DNA of 64,000 nucleotides from Bugula neritina (taxonomy: Eukaryota > Animalia > Bryozoa). Position numbers and translations under genes: made by a program. The stretch is taken from positions 3,377,538-3,441,537 of the forward strand of contig OZ037772.1 of NCBI GenBank assembly GCA_964035545.1, given 5' to 3'. Below the pieces are notes generated by a model. It saw only the letters and a program-made list of their open reading frames with translations. It was not told where the DNA came from and did not search any database. Of the stretch, positions 51,967-62,540 are shown piece after piece; position 1 is the stretch's first letter; each line of letters opens with the position of its first letter.

Positions 51967-52688
51967 ATTCGCAAAGCGCTAGAAAATTCTTATTAGTGGA
52001 TGCCGCGGATCTAAAACACAACTCATTTGTAAATGCTGATGTCAGCAAAAATAATGATTATCAACAAGTCGAGAGAAACAAACCTTTGATTACTAAAGAA
52101 CTATTTGCCGTAGATAAGCTAATGAGTGAAATCTTAAATGACAACACGCTATCAGAAAATGAGAAAGTAACTGCTTATAACAACGCGTTGACTAATTATC
52201 AAGAGTTAAAAACTACTACTTATAAGAAAATATCTAGCACAAGGTTGCCTACTTTATCAAAGAATAGTGAACCACAACTAAAAGAAACAGAAAGTCTTAC
52301 ATCTTATAACCCACTACTAGCTATCCCTCAAAGATTTAAAACAAAGGCGAGTCAACTTTGGGATATACTGAAAAAAGATGGTAAAGTTTCTGTAAATGAT
52401 GCGGGGCAGGTAACTATTAACGGCAACCAACTACGCGGAAGCAATTTATCTGATCTATTAAATCTTGCGGTTAATAGTCAACTGAAAGGTAAAACATTGG
52501 AAGGGTGGAAAGAATTTAGACAAGTATTAATTGATTACAATGTACCCAAACTACTCATTAATCAAAACGTTATCGAAGAGAAATCTAAAAGTAGAAGAGA
52601 GTCTAGTAAATTGTCATCAGGCGAGTGGGATCCATACGATGGCAAGGCGAAAACGAAAAAAGCAAAATCCAGACTCCAGCTATACTGA
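51963..52688 (+). CDS. Conserved Maverick protein of unknown function (241 aa)
   Basis: MSEILND..LSENEKV..Y..AL..Y and GQVTING..GSNLSDLL..GWKEF motifs; ATGA overlap with the upstream gene; lies directly before the integrase. Confidence 0.8.
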   Translation: MNSQSARKFLLVDAADLKHNSFVNADVSKNNDYQQVERNKPLITKELFAVDKLMSEILNDNTLSENEKVTAYNNALTNYQELKTTTYKKISSTRLPTLSKNSEPQLKETESLTSYNPLLAIPQRFKTKASQLWDILKKDGKVSVNDAGQVTINGNQLRGSNLSDLLNLAVNSQLKGKTLEGWKEFRQVLIDYNVPKLLINQNVIEEKSKSRRESSKLSSGEWDPYDGKAKTKKAKSRLQLY

Positions 52689-53766
52689 TAAACTAATTCG
52701 AGACACCTATTTCAATATTTCTAAACCAGCCGGATTTGGTAGTAAAGCAAAATTATACAAATCATTAAAAGGCAAAGTAAGCAAGGGTGCAATTGATAGA
52801 TGGCTTGAAAAAACTGACAGCTATAACCTACATAAACCTTTGCGAAAAAACTTTCCCAGACGAAAGTATATTGTATCAGGTATTAATGCCATGTGGCAAA
52901 TTGATTTAACAGATCTCCAACAGTTTTCATCCGAAAATAATGGATTCAAGTATATACTATTAAGCATTGACACATTCAGTCGTAAAGCCTACGGTGTACC
53001 ACTCAAAACTAAATCTGGTTTAGAAGTGAGTAGAGCTATGAGGGAGATTATAGAAAACGAAAACAACAACACTCCACCAGAAATGATTTTATCAGATAGA
53101 GGCAAAGAATTCTTTAACCCTCAATTTAAAGCATTAATGAAAGAATATAACATAAACCACTTTTCATCCAACAATCAAGAAATTAAAGCATCTATGGTTG
53201 AAAGACTGCAAAGAACACTAAAGGCTAAATTGTTTAAATATTTTACTCATCAAAACAGTCACAGATATCTTGACATTCTCAATGATCTAATATCATCATA
53301 CAATAACTCGAAACACTCGGCTCATAACTCAACACCTAATGATGTGACAGTTAACAATCAAGAAGAAATTTGGCATAGACTATACACAGATAGTCAGAGT
53401 GGTCAAACTAACAAACTAAAATACAATGTTGGAGATCTCGTTAGAATATCGAAATATAGTACAGTATTTAAAAAAGGATACCTTCCTTCTTGGAGCGAAG
53501 AAATCTTTACCATAGCGAAAATCCACACTACTAATCCTCCAGTGTATTCTCTCGCGGATGACAGCGGTGATCAGCTAGAAGGAACATGGTATGAACCGGA
53601 ATTGCAGAAAGTAAACACCAAGAGCAACACCTATAAAATAGAGTCAATTGTTGGTCAGCGTACTGTAAATGGTAAAAAACAATTTCTTGTAAGGTGGGCT
53701 GGATATCCGCCAAGTTTTGACTCGTATGTTGATAAAAGAGATGTAATTTTTAACTATAAGAATTAG
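52639..53766 (+). CDS. int: Retroviral-like (rve) DDE integrase with C-terminal chromodomain (375 aa from the likely ATG)
   Basis: WQIDLTD, SDRGKEF and VERLQRTLK supply D-D-E; YNNSKH; KYNVGDLVRI; chromodomain YKIESIV..KKQFLVRWAGYPPSFDSYV. Confidence 0.95.
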   Translation: MARRKRKKQNPDSSYTDKLIRDTYFNISKPAGFGSKAKLYKSLKGKVSKGAIDRWLEKTDSYNLHKPLRKNFPRRKYIVSGINAMWQIDLTDLQQFSSENNGFKYILLSIDTFSRKAYGVPLKTKSGLEVSRAMREIIENENNNTPPEMILSDRGKEFFNPQFKALMKEYNINHFSSNNQEIKASMVERLQRTLKAKLFKYFTHQNSHRYLDILNDLISSYNNSKHSAHNSTPNDVTVNNQEEIWHRLYTDSQSGQTNKLKYNVGDLVRISKYSTVFKKGYLPSWSEEIFTIAKIHTTNPPVYSLADDSGDQLEGTWYEPELQKVNTKSNTYKIESIVGQRTVNGKKQFLVRWAGYPPSFDSYVDKRDVIFNYKN

Positions 53767-53799
53767 ATAATAAACTTATATGTTGTCACTCTTACAAAG

Positions 53800-54570
53800 A
53801 TGCGCGTTGTTTTACCTAGTAATGCTTCGTTGAAGCATTTTCCAAAAAATAGTCTTTCAGTATACACAGTTCAATTGCCTCAAAGTTTAGATTTTACAGA
53901 TGGCTCTTACGAGATCGGATTGAGTGAGATACAATTTTATAAATCATGGTTCAATGTGAAACAGTGCAGCATAACCTTAAAAGTAAATGAAGCTGAAGAA
54001 ACAGTGCATCTAGATGATGGTTACTACAAATCAGATAAAAAGCTAATACAATCTATCAATCAAGCAATAAATGACCAGTGTTTAAATCTGAAAGTAAAAT
54101 TTAATTTCTATTACAACGATGTCAATAAGAATTTTTATGTCATTGCTGAAAATGTTAGAGGTTGCTCTATAGACATCACATACTCACCATCTCTTGAGAA
54201 AATACTTAATGTACAGGAAGAAAAAATGGAGATAAAATCAATGACCGATGGCACAATTTTGGTCAAGTACAATACTCCAATAAGATTACATACAATATTT
54301 AACCTGATGGTGTATACAGATGTAGCAGAATCTAGTATTGTTGGAGATACTCAGGCTCAACTACTAAGAGTTGTAGGAGTCGAGGATGGTCATTGGAGGT
54401 TGCAGTCCACTAACTTTAACAATGTACAGTACTGCAAAATAAATAAAACGCATGTTTCGAGTGTATCAATTTATATATACACGGATTACGGTGAAAGAGT
54501 ACCATTCACGCATGGACGTACAGTGGTAACGGTAGATATTCGAAAAGTTAAACCTATAAACCTAATATGA
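53800..54570 (+). CDS. Minor capsid protein (penton, single jelly roll; PX)
   Basis: VLPSNAS..FPKNSLS.YTVQLP..YEIGLSEI and VYTDVAESSIVGDTQAQLLRVV motifs. Confidence 0.88.
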   Translation: MRVVLPSNASLKHFPKNSLSVYTVQLPQSLDFTDGSYEIGLSEIQFYKSWFNVKQCSITLKVNEAEETVHLDDGYYKSDKKLIQSINQAINDQCLNLKVKFNFYYNDVNKNFYVIAENVRGCSIDITYSPSLEKILNVQEEKMEIKSMTDGTILVKYNTPIRLHTIFNLMVYTDVAESSIVGDTQAQLLRVVGVEDGHWRLQSTNFNNVQYCKINKTHVSSVSIYIYTDYGERVPFTHGRTVVTVDIRKVKPINLI

Positions 54571-54998
54571 GAATAATTCCATTCGATTGTGATGCCGCAT
54601 CAAATAGCTATAGACAGTTATATGAACAATCATGAAATGGAATGATTCCAATATTTTCAGGAGAAAAATATCAAACAGGATACGGTTTAGGGAGCATATT
54701 TGGTAACATACTCAAAGCAGCATTGCCTGTTGTAAAACAAGGTGTAAAAAGTTTAGGAAAGACAGCAATAAATACTGGTCTAAACATTGCCAGAGATAGT
54801 TTATCCGGTAAACCATTCAGAGAGTCAATTAAAGATAATGTCAACAGCGCGGCTGGAGAGGTTATTACTAAAGGTATTACATACGTCACCAACAGAAATC
54901 GAAATAAAAAAAGGAAGCGTCAGACTAACAGAGTTACTTCTTCCAAGTCTTCAAAGGTGAAAAGACGTAGGGTTACTAAACGCGATATCTTTTCATAG
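54567..54998 (+). pseudogene. Small basic core-like Maverick protein (143 codons) interrupted by TGA at 54633-54635
   Basis: ATG overlaps the minor capsid stop (ATGA). The frame reads MRIIPF..YRQLYEQS*NGMIPIFSGEKYQTGYGLGSIF; the family pattern Q-x-G-x-G predicts Gly at the stop. Arg/Lys-rich tail ending RDIFS. Confidence 0.75.
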
Positions 54999-55009
54999 AA
55001 TACTATACT

Positions 55010-56320
55010 ATGAGTTTCATAATGGAACATAGCTGCCTCGCTGGCAAACCCGAATTAGATTTATTTTCTACACTACCTACTCAAGCATCAATCGAAGAAG
55101 GATATCACGTAGAACATATGCCCACAACCTCACTGAATGATGAGGGACCTATAAAGTTCTCAATCTCTGGTGATTCGAACAACTACCTTGACCTCAGTTC
55201 AAGCTATCTATTATTAGAGGTGAAAATAACAAAAGCTGACGGTACGGATCTCGATGCTCAAGGTGATGCGGCTCCTATAAACCTTTTGGGTCACACATTA
55301 TTTCAACAAGTAGAAATTATGCTAAATGATGTAGTTATTTCCAACGCTTCTAATCTCTACCACTACAGAGCTCTTATAGAAACTTTACTAAGTTACTCCG
55401 ATGAAGCTAAAAAGTCACAACTATCAATGTCACTCTACTCAAAGGATACACCCGGAAAAATGGATCACATTGGTGGTGATAATGAAGGCTTGGAAGCTAG
55501 AAGGCGAATTACGGGGCAGAGTAAAACTGTGCAGTTAATTGTTAGACCGCACGCTGACATATTCTTTCAAAGACGATTCATTTTAAATGGAGTAGACATG
55601 AAATTAAAGTTTGTGAGGAATCACAACAGCTTAGTGCTAATGGCTGGTGAAAACTCTACTTGCAAACTAAAAATCCTAAACGCATCTTTTTTCCTTCGAA
55701 AAGTTAAAATCAATAGCGGAATACAATTAAAGCACATTGAAAATTTAGACAAGAAACTATTGCCAGCCGTTTATCCTATCAGAAGAGTTGATATGAAGTC
55801 ATTCAATATCGCATTGGGTTCATTGTCTTGGAACGAAGAAAATTTATTTCACGGTATTCTGCCTAAGAGGATAGTTATAGGTATTGTAAACGCTGGTGCA
55901 TTCGAAGGCGCGTACAATTTGAATCCTTTCAACTTTCAGCACAAACATTTAAAATATACAAACCTAGTCGTTGACGGGAAACAAGTACCTCAGAAGGCAT
56001 TGGTTTCAGACTACACAAATCATAATACTCTAAGAAACTATTTTACGCTCTTGGAATCAACGGGAAAGGTGTTCAACAATGGCGGAATAGATATAGATAG
56101 AGAGGAATACGAGAAAGGTTACAGTCTAATGGCCTTTGATTTAACTCCTGACCTAGATTTGAGCACTTGCTTTCATTTGATGAAGCGAGGAACAATAAGA
56201 TTAGAGCTAAAGTTTTCTCAGGCTCTTGACACACCCGTTAATGTGATTGTCTATTCCGAATTTGACTCTGGTATAAAAATTGATAAGAATAGAGCGGTAC
56301 TTACAAATTTCTACGCGTGA
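55010..56320 (+). CDS. Major capsid protein (double jelly roll; PY), 436 aa
   Basis: KPELDLFS..PTQ.SIE, YLDLSSS, YHYRALIETLL, NPFNFQH, GYSLMAFDLTPD and G.IRLELKF motifs of Maverick major capsid proteins. Confidence 0.93.
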   Translation: MSFIMEHSCLAGKPELDLFSTLPTQASIEEGYHVEHMPTTSLNDEGPIKFSISGDSNNYLDLSSSYLLLEVKITKADGTDLDAQGDAAPINLLGHTLFQQVEIMLNDVVISNASNLYHYRALIETLLSYSDEAKKSQLSMSLYSKDTPGKMDHIGGDNEGLEARRRITGQSKTVQLIVRPHADIFFQRRFILNGVDMKLKFVRNHNSLVLMAGENSTCKLKILNASFFLRKVKINSGIQLKHIENLDKKLLPAVYPIRRVDMKSFNIALGSLSWNEENLFHGILPKRIVIGIVNAGAFEGAYNLNPFNFQHKHLKYTNLVVDGKQVPQKALVSDYTNHNTLRNYFTLLESTGKVFNNGGIDIDREEYEKGYSLMAFDLTPDLDLSTCFHLMKRGTIRLELKFSQALDTPVNVIVYSEFDSGIKIDKNRAVLTNFYA

Positions 56321-56859
56321 TGAATTCTAAAGAAATATATTCCATTCTTGAGAACGATGAGTGGGTGAAAAAGATGAACTTCATCGGTGTATTTCCAGTC
56401 GATAGAATACCTAGTAGTAGTTTGACGGATTATCCTTGCTGTGGAGTTGTAAACACTAAACCTCACAATCATCCGGGAGAGCACTGGGTGATGTTTCTAA
56501 AGACAGAAAATAACACAGGAGTTTATTTTGACTCTTTTGGAAGTGGTCTTTACAACATGCCAGAGGTTGCGGCTATATTTGATTCAGTAGACTCTTGGCA
56601 ATTTAGTAGCACTCAGCTACAATCTGTATTTTCTACAGTTTGCGGACAATACTGTATTTTTGTGTTAACGCATTTAGCCAGAGGTTTCTCACTAGAACAC
56701 ATTATATCTTTAATAAATGATTGTTGTGATACATACGCAAATGATGCTTTTATATTTAATTACATTAATCAAAAATATAGTAATTTTTTAAATAAAGAAC
56801 TGGAAATTGTAGACTTACCTTTTATTTTTGAACAAGCTTCTTATCCTGTTAAAATTTAA
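56320..56859 (+). CDS. Adenain-like cysteine maturation protease (179 aa)
   Basis: PGEHW (His), YFDSFG (Asp), QLQS..STVCGQYC (Gln, Cys); TGATG overlap with the major capsid gene; AATAAA at 56898. Confidence 0.93.
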   Translation: MNSKEIYSILENDEWVKKMNFIGVFPVDRIPSSSLTDYPCCGVVNTKPHNHPGEHWVMFLKTENNTGVYFDSFGSGLYNMPEVAAIFDSVDSWQFSSTQLQSVFSTVCGQYCIFVLTHLARGFSLEHIISLINDCCDTYANDAFIFNYINQKYSNFLNKELEIVDLPFIFEQASYPVKI

Positions 56860-57046
56860 AGCTGTAATATTCTATTATGACATTTTTTGTTGAAGAAAAT
56901 AAACTCATGGTGAAAAGAAATCTCTTTTTGGTTATTGAATATTATACGGAGTGTAGAATTTACCAAAGTGACAACAGTGATATAACGAGGGTAACTAATC
57001 ATAGATCAATGTTTTAGTACGTGAGATTCTGACTACGTAGTTAGTT

Positions 57047-57252
57047 AAAAGGTGTATTCACCGTAAGCTAAATTTAATAGCTACCACCTGTCAACTTTAA
57101 GGCTTACAATGCTAATTCATCAATAACAAATACAATGGTCACATAGTTAACGAGATGCTAATTTCCATAGCCATAGAGTCTACGCTATGTTGACAAATTG
57201 GCCGATACGAGATGCTTACTTCCATAGCCGTAGAGGCGCTTATTATACTACT
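57047..57252 (-). repeat. Right TIR (206 bp)
   Basis: Inverted copy of 41117-41296 with 26 extra bp; ends ACTACT followed by TSD AATGAA. Confidence 0.95.
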
Positions 57253-57859
57253 AATGAACATAATTTCTTTGATTTTAGTCTAGTTATGTTATAAGCATTA
57301 GATAACTTGTTTTTGAGACAGCGGGGTGAGAGCTTTGTAAAAAAATTAGCCTAATTAGAATTTCTGTAATAGATAAACGTTACTAGCTCCTTAACAATTC
57401 AATTAAAGTTGAATAAAAATATACATCAAATTACCAGTTCAAAGTAAAAGACTTTGAAGGCTAATAACTTACTACGAAGATTTAAACCAAATAACAAGAG
57501 ACTAAATCCAAAATCAATTTATAATTATTCTTAACATATGACAAGTATGAATGTTACAGCTGCTCTTGTACAATGTACTTGTACAGCTCTTACTCATCCT
57601 AGTATGTTTAACTGGCATAGCATCCTTGTCTTTCTAGGGACTCCGTACATCGTTGGAGTGCAGAGGTCATCTCCAACAAAAGACTTTGAATTAGAGTGGA
57701 TAAATAAAAGTAAGCGCTTGTAATGTTTTTCAACTCTAATTAAAGTTCCCAAAATGTTATTGTTGGTAAGTTTCAGGCTCAAGAATAATCTTGTATTTTC
57801 TTATTAAAGAACAAAAAGAGAAAAAAAGAAAAAAATACGGGTCCTAAGTCGCAAAAACC

Positions 57860-58040
57860 AAAAGATAGCTATTCCAGAGGTGTGGACATGTTCAAAAGTT
57901 TCAAATTTGGGGAAGGAGAATTTAAAGAGGTTCACAAGGATGTCCTAGAAAAATTTGACAACTTTTGTAAAAAGACCTTCAAGAAAATAATCAAGAGACA
58001 TCAACTGCTATCAATAGATGAGTATGTCACCAACTTACAT
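57860..58040 (+). mobile_element. Gypsy gag fragment (paralog of ~63410-63640, with deletions)
   Basis: gaggtgtggacat.ttcaaaagtttcaa.tttggggaaggagaa and gatgagtatgtcacc.acttacat are shared. Confidence 0.75.
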
Positions 58041-58119
58041 TGTTTATGAGCTTGATAGAGATAAAACTTCACTCAATACCAGAGGCATATTTTTAAATAT
58101 TGTTTTTTTGTGTTTGCAG

Positions 58120-58265
58120 GTGAAAGACCATTTCCATGTGATGTCTGTGGCAAGGCTTTCAAGCGCAGACACCATCTTGCAGAGCACAGGCAACTACACA
58201 CCGGAGAGAAACCCTTTCAATGCAAGAGGTCTGGTAAAAAGTTCACTCACTCCGGTTCCTATAGT
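58120..58265 (+). pseudogene. Orphan exon fragment of a ZEB/zfh-1-type zinc-finger gene
   Basis: After acceptor tttgcag it reads [54 protein letters not shown] and F.HSGSYS are ZEB signatures; one Cys is lost and the finger is truncated. Confidence 0.75.
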
Positions 58266-58870
58266 TGACACCGGAATCCCACAAACAAACGTAGCAAAGT
58301 TAAAAGTGTAACATTTGATGGCAATAGAAGTCTGCCTATAGTAGTAGATGCTACGTTATCATAAAGTGTTGGCTCACAAGAGTTTCTCATCGTGAGCATT
58401 AAAGTAGGCATTATATTTGTGTGAATTTTATCCAAGTTATCATGTAGTTTTCTTATCATACAATACAACTTATTGGGATGTGGTAGTAGAAAAATATAAA
58501 AAATATATTTTAGTTTAGGAGGAAAAACTGAAAAGTAACCCACCGAAGATGAGGTCTAGCGGAATAATAAGAAAATTCTCACAACAAAGTAATTAGCAAT
58601 GAAGGGTCAGAGGTCAAGCATACACCAAGTCTAGCAAATTTATTATCTTCAACAGCCTCTCAATGAAACCATGCCATGCCTAGTTCATGTCATAGCAACA
58701 TACAACTGACAGGGTGGGGGGGGAGCATGACTAGCAGAGACTTAGCTATTATAAACTAGGTTAGGAGAACATAACTCTGAAAATAAAACAATGAGCTGTG
58801 TAATTATGTATGTTGATTTTCCAGGTACAGCAGGTGTAGAGCTCAAAGGGTTACCAAGTAACTGATTTTA

Positions 58871-59112
58871 ACAGAGTAACATGAAGGTATATACAGAGTA
58901 ACATGAAGGTATATACAGAGTAACATGAAGGTATATACAGAGTAACATGAAAGTATATACAGAGTAACATGAAAGTATATACAGAGTAACATGAAGGTAT
59001 ATACAGAGTAACATGAAGGTATATACAGAGTAACATGAAGGTATATACAGAGTAACATGAAGATATATACAGAGTAACATGAAGGTATATACAGAGTAAC
59101 ATGAAGGTATAT
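58871..59112. repeat. 22-bp minisatellite (ACAGAGTAACATGAAGGTATAT), 11 copies
   Basis: Read directly. Confidence 0.95.
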
Positions 59113-59130
59113 TATTATTATTTACAGTAT

Positions 59131-59600
59131 TGTTTCATAGTTGAATCGTACAAGTACTTAGTTGCTTACGTGCAATAGCAATTTTATAGCTATCTACTTA
59201 TGTGTGCTACTTCATGTTTTTTGTTCTTAGTTCAGTTGCTTGTAGTAGAGCTCTGTCATATTATCACTCTAACAGGTTATGGGCCCAGAGCGCTATCACA
59301 AACACTAGTTACAGTAGTATAAAAAGACCAAATGGCTGGAATTATTGAAAACAAGCTGATGAGTAAAAATTACAGCACTTGGAAGTCTAAACTCAAGCAT
59401 TTGCTGATTGCTAAGGAACTATGGGAATATTTTGATGGCTCCATAACTGAACCTGAAGAATCAGCTAGTGCTCTACTAGACTGACTATACAAAGATATCA
59501 AGCAAGACTATGTCAATTATTGTACTCGCGATAATTTGCTATATCCCATAACCAGCTGCACAAAACCAAAACAAGCAAGGGGCACTTTACAAAAACACAG
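59131..59600 (+). mobile_element. Copia LTR retrotransposon 5' remnant: putative short LTR (TG..CA, ~59131-59274), primer-binding site 59275-59288, decayed gag
   Basis: ..AACA|GGTTATGGGCCCAG is the copia-type primer site that uses a half initiator tRNA-Met. gag reads MAGIIENKLMSKNYSTWKSKLKHLLIAKELWEYFDGSITEP. The LTR 5' boundary is tentative. Confidence 0.8.
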
Positions 59601-60034
59601 AACCAGAAAGCAAGTCAGGAAACTGACAGTGCCTTCCTCCTACCAAAAAGGGAGACAACCAACTACTAACCAAAAAAATACTTAAACCGACACTTCATCT
59701 AAATTTGTCAAAATAAAAAATAGTTGTTGTAAACATGGCAACTGCACAAGATGGTGCAGAGTTGTCCACCCAATATCTTTTCAAACAACAAGAAGTATAA
59801 TGCGTGCAAAATTTTTAAGTTGATGCAGATTAAAAAAATTTATTTATGGGTTAAATAACAACCAATTGGTTTAAGCTTTTTCAAATATAAGTATATTTCA
59901 ATGATAGTAAAATGAATTTTACGTAAAATATATATTGTACGAAAATAAACAAATATAGCAGCTAACTGGGAAGGAAGCATCTAACTGAGATGATAACATG
60001 TTATATCAAATCACCTTATTGTGTATGATTTTAG

Positions 60035-62540
60035 TATCAAGAACTTTTCCTGGACCACCTATTACCACAACCAGTTTACCAACTAGTCAAGAAGCAAATA
60101 ATGGAGATAATCCAGAAGGTGCTTATAACAAAAAAATTGTATATTTGGCGATTACCTCTAAATTTGTGATAGCTGTCATTATATTATCATACTTGCAAAA
60201 ACATAATATTCAATAGTATCATGATTATATTAGCTAAGAATGTACCTGTGGTATTGTTTGGAGTTTACAGCTTTGACATCAAAGGGGCTTTACTAATTTA
60301 CATATTTTGTTTGATCAATGAATCATAGCACTTACTATCATGCAGTCCAAATTTCTGTTCTGCATGCATCTTCAAATGAGATTTAAATGTTCAATTAGAA
60401 TTACTTATTTAATGTTTTGTTTATTTTTAGTTAGCAATGTTGAAAATATTGGAGAGGTATCATGCAGCTCAACAAGCCATGGAAGGTTTGTGTTGACACT
60501 TTGAAAATGTTTTATGGTTACAATTGGCATAACATACAATTACATTAATGTGATGATGATTGTATTAAATTATCAGTATGACAAGACACTTTTATCTATG
60601 ATATTCTTCCTGTTTTAAAGTACAAGAAATAGATGAAAATAACAGCTCCAGCGCCAAACCAGCTGATCCTATTGAAGCACTCAAGAAAGACATATAGAAG
60701 GTGCTTAGTAATGTACTATAATCAAATTTCTGTATATATACAAGTTTTCAGCCAAAGAGTTGCAATCACATGTTTTTCTGTAGTTTTCAAAACAAAAGGA
60801 TGCTTTTGTTGAGCAGAGTCTTGAGCTTGCTGACTTGACGAAATCGCTTTGGTCTTAGATAAGTCACAAAAGCATTTATTTGTAGTTAATCTAAATACTA
60901 ATATAAGACAGTTATAAACTAGATCTTAGTTTTAGGTCATATATAGTATGAAATTTTACAGACATGAAGAAACAACTAAAGGAGGTGCTGGATGGGCAGA
61001 AAAAACTGATGGCTATAATCACTGATAGCCATAGTGGCAAAGACAATATAACTGAGCAGCTGGAGGAGCCTCTAAAAACAATACAAGAGTTTGAATCTCT
61101 TGAAGAACTTCTCCAATCCTCAAGAGAAAAACGTTCTGCTCTGGTACGTAGTATACTACTATATAATATAGATTGTATAGCTAGTTTAAAGACTTTTGGT
61201 GTATAACATGCAACATATAACAACATCCTGGCGTAGTTGATATTAGAATACAATTTCTAGTGAACTGTAGATTTTCAAGCTATAAAATGTGTTTCTCTTA
61301 TGGAATGTTTCTCATTAAAGTGTTAGAAAAAATATTTGCCCCTCTGCAATAACACATTGAATGTATTCATGTAAATTCATGCTATGAAATATAGGTGCAT
61401 TAATGTTGTAGACAAAGTTTCTCTTCCAACTGAAGGGAAAAAACTGCACAGATATGGTGAAAAAAGCCATGAGAAGAATTGGCACCAATTGGCTGTGGAG
61501 CCAATTTAGTATGAAGGGCAAAGCCCATAAACAACATAAAAAGCTGTCTCTAAAAAAAACTGCAGCTTATAAATGCATACTCAGTAAGTCATATAAATTA
61601 ATCTCGTTTATTTACATCATAATTAGTTTCACTTTGCTTGTTTTTCAGAAATAATTTCAAAGGTTACAGAAGTAAAGTTATAAGCTAAATTTACTTTAAT
61701 TGAAAAGACATACAGTCAGCATATTTTTTGTTTCATGTAGAAGATTAAAGCTCACAGTTGCTAATATAAATTTGTTTTAAAAATGTTTGGCTATTTTATC
61801 TTCTAACTTAAACATGCAATACAGTCTGTATTTTGGGAGATAATATAATATTGAAATAAAAACTTATCAAATCTCTGGGGCTGCATCAGCAGTTAAAATA
61901 GTTGTTGAGTTTAGAATAATTGCTCATCTAAAAATTTACTGCGTTCAGTAAGTTTTACTTTCTAATTATATTTTAGAAGCTCTGCTGAAAAGTAAAAATA
62001 ATAAAGAAATAGATATAGAGATTGAAGTATCGCTATTTTTGAGGCAGTGCCCTTATCAACTGGGAGGGGATAAGTTTAAAAAGACAAGTTTGCAAGATGA
62101 GGTAAAGCTATACGATTATTGCAGTTATAGACTTGAACTGCTTGAACTGACTCGTATTTAAAAATGGCTATAATTGGCTTTAAATTGGTTTACAAATATT
62201 AAACTGAAATTAATAATTTTAGGTTGTACTGCACATTCAATTTACTACTTTATTTACGCTTCATTTTGATCATGGCGCTGAAGCTGCAGCAGGGTATATA
62301 CTATTTTTTGATCAAATGTAAATAAGTAATCTTTCGAAATTTGTCTAGCTATAGCACCAGAATGTAATCAATAATGAATATTAACATTTCCTAGTGAAAA
62401 AATATCTTCAAAGTGTTTTTTAGCCCCAAATGTAAATTAAAATTAATTAATGATCAGTGGTTTTACGTGAATGCTTATATTGAACACTTTTTCTTTCATA
62501 GATTGATTCCCTTTCATCTTCAGAAGATGAGGACAGCTGA
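60035..62540 (+). pseudogene. DUF4806-like multi-exon gene remnant; in-frame 3' exons 60962-61143, 61412-61583, 61977-62101, 62502-62540
   Basis: Phase-compatible GT-AG splicing gives PLKTIQEFESLEELL..KFLFQLKGKNCTDMVKKAMRRIGTNWLWSQFSMKGK..KLSLKKT..IEIEVSLFLRQCP, a DUF4806-type pattern. Upstream exon-like segments contain stops. Confidence 0.6.

Larger units (their letters stand above)
41117..57252 (+). mobile_element. Full-length Maverick/Polinton (endogenous polintovirus/adintovirus-like element), 16,136 bp
   Basis: AGTAGT...ACTACT ends, TIRs, 6-bp TSD AATGAA (41111-41116 and 57253-57258), and pPolB, ATPase, integrase, minor and major capsid and protease genes. Confidence 0.98.

Noticed and set aside
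52531-52638. N-terminal extensions of the integrase (and likewise of the ORFs called from 50345 and 50876)
   Set aside because: The integrase and Bcl-2-like extensions start at non-ATG codons. The ATPase extension is low-complexity sequence containing an AATAAA. Downstream ATGs (52639, 50375, 50951) fit better.
48405-54635. TGA recoding (alternative code or selenocysteine) to explain the two in-frame stops
   Set aside because: The two sites need different residues (Leu and Gly), each is one substitution from the expected codon, and several neighbouring genes use TGA as a normal stop.
51203-54892. Short antisense ORFs within the Maverick core genes
   Set aside because: Shadows of the + strand genes with no recognisable motifs.
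38711-57252. Treating 38711 as the true left end of the Maverick
   Set aside because: The TSD matches only at 41111-41116, and the 38711 copy diverges from the right TIR after 44 bp.
58843-59102. Minus-strand ORFs MLLCIYLHVTLY...
   Set aside because: Translations of the 22-bp minisatellite.
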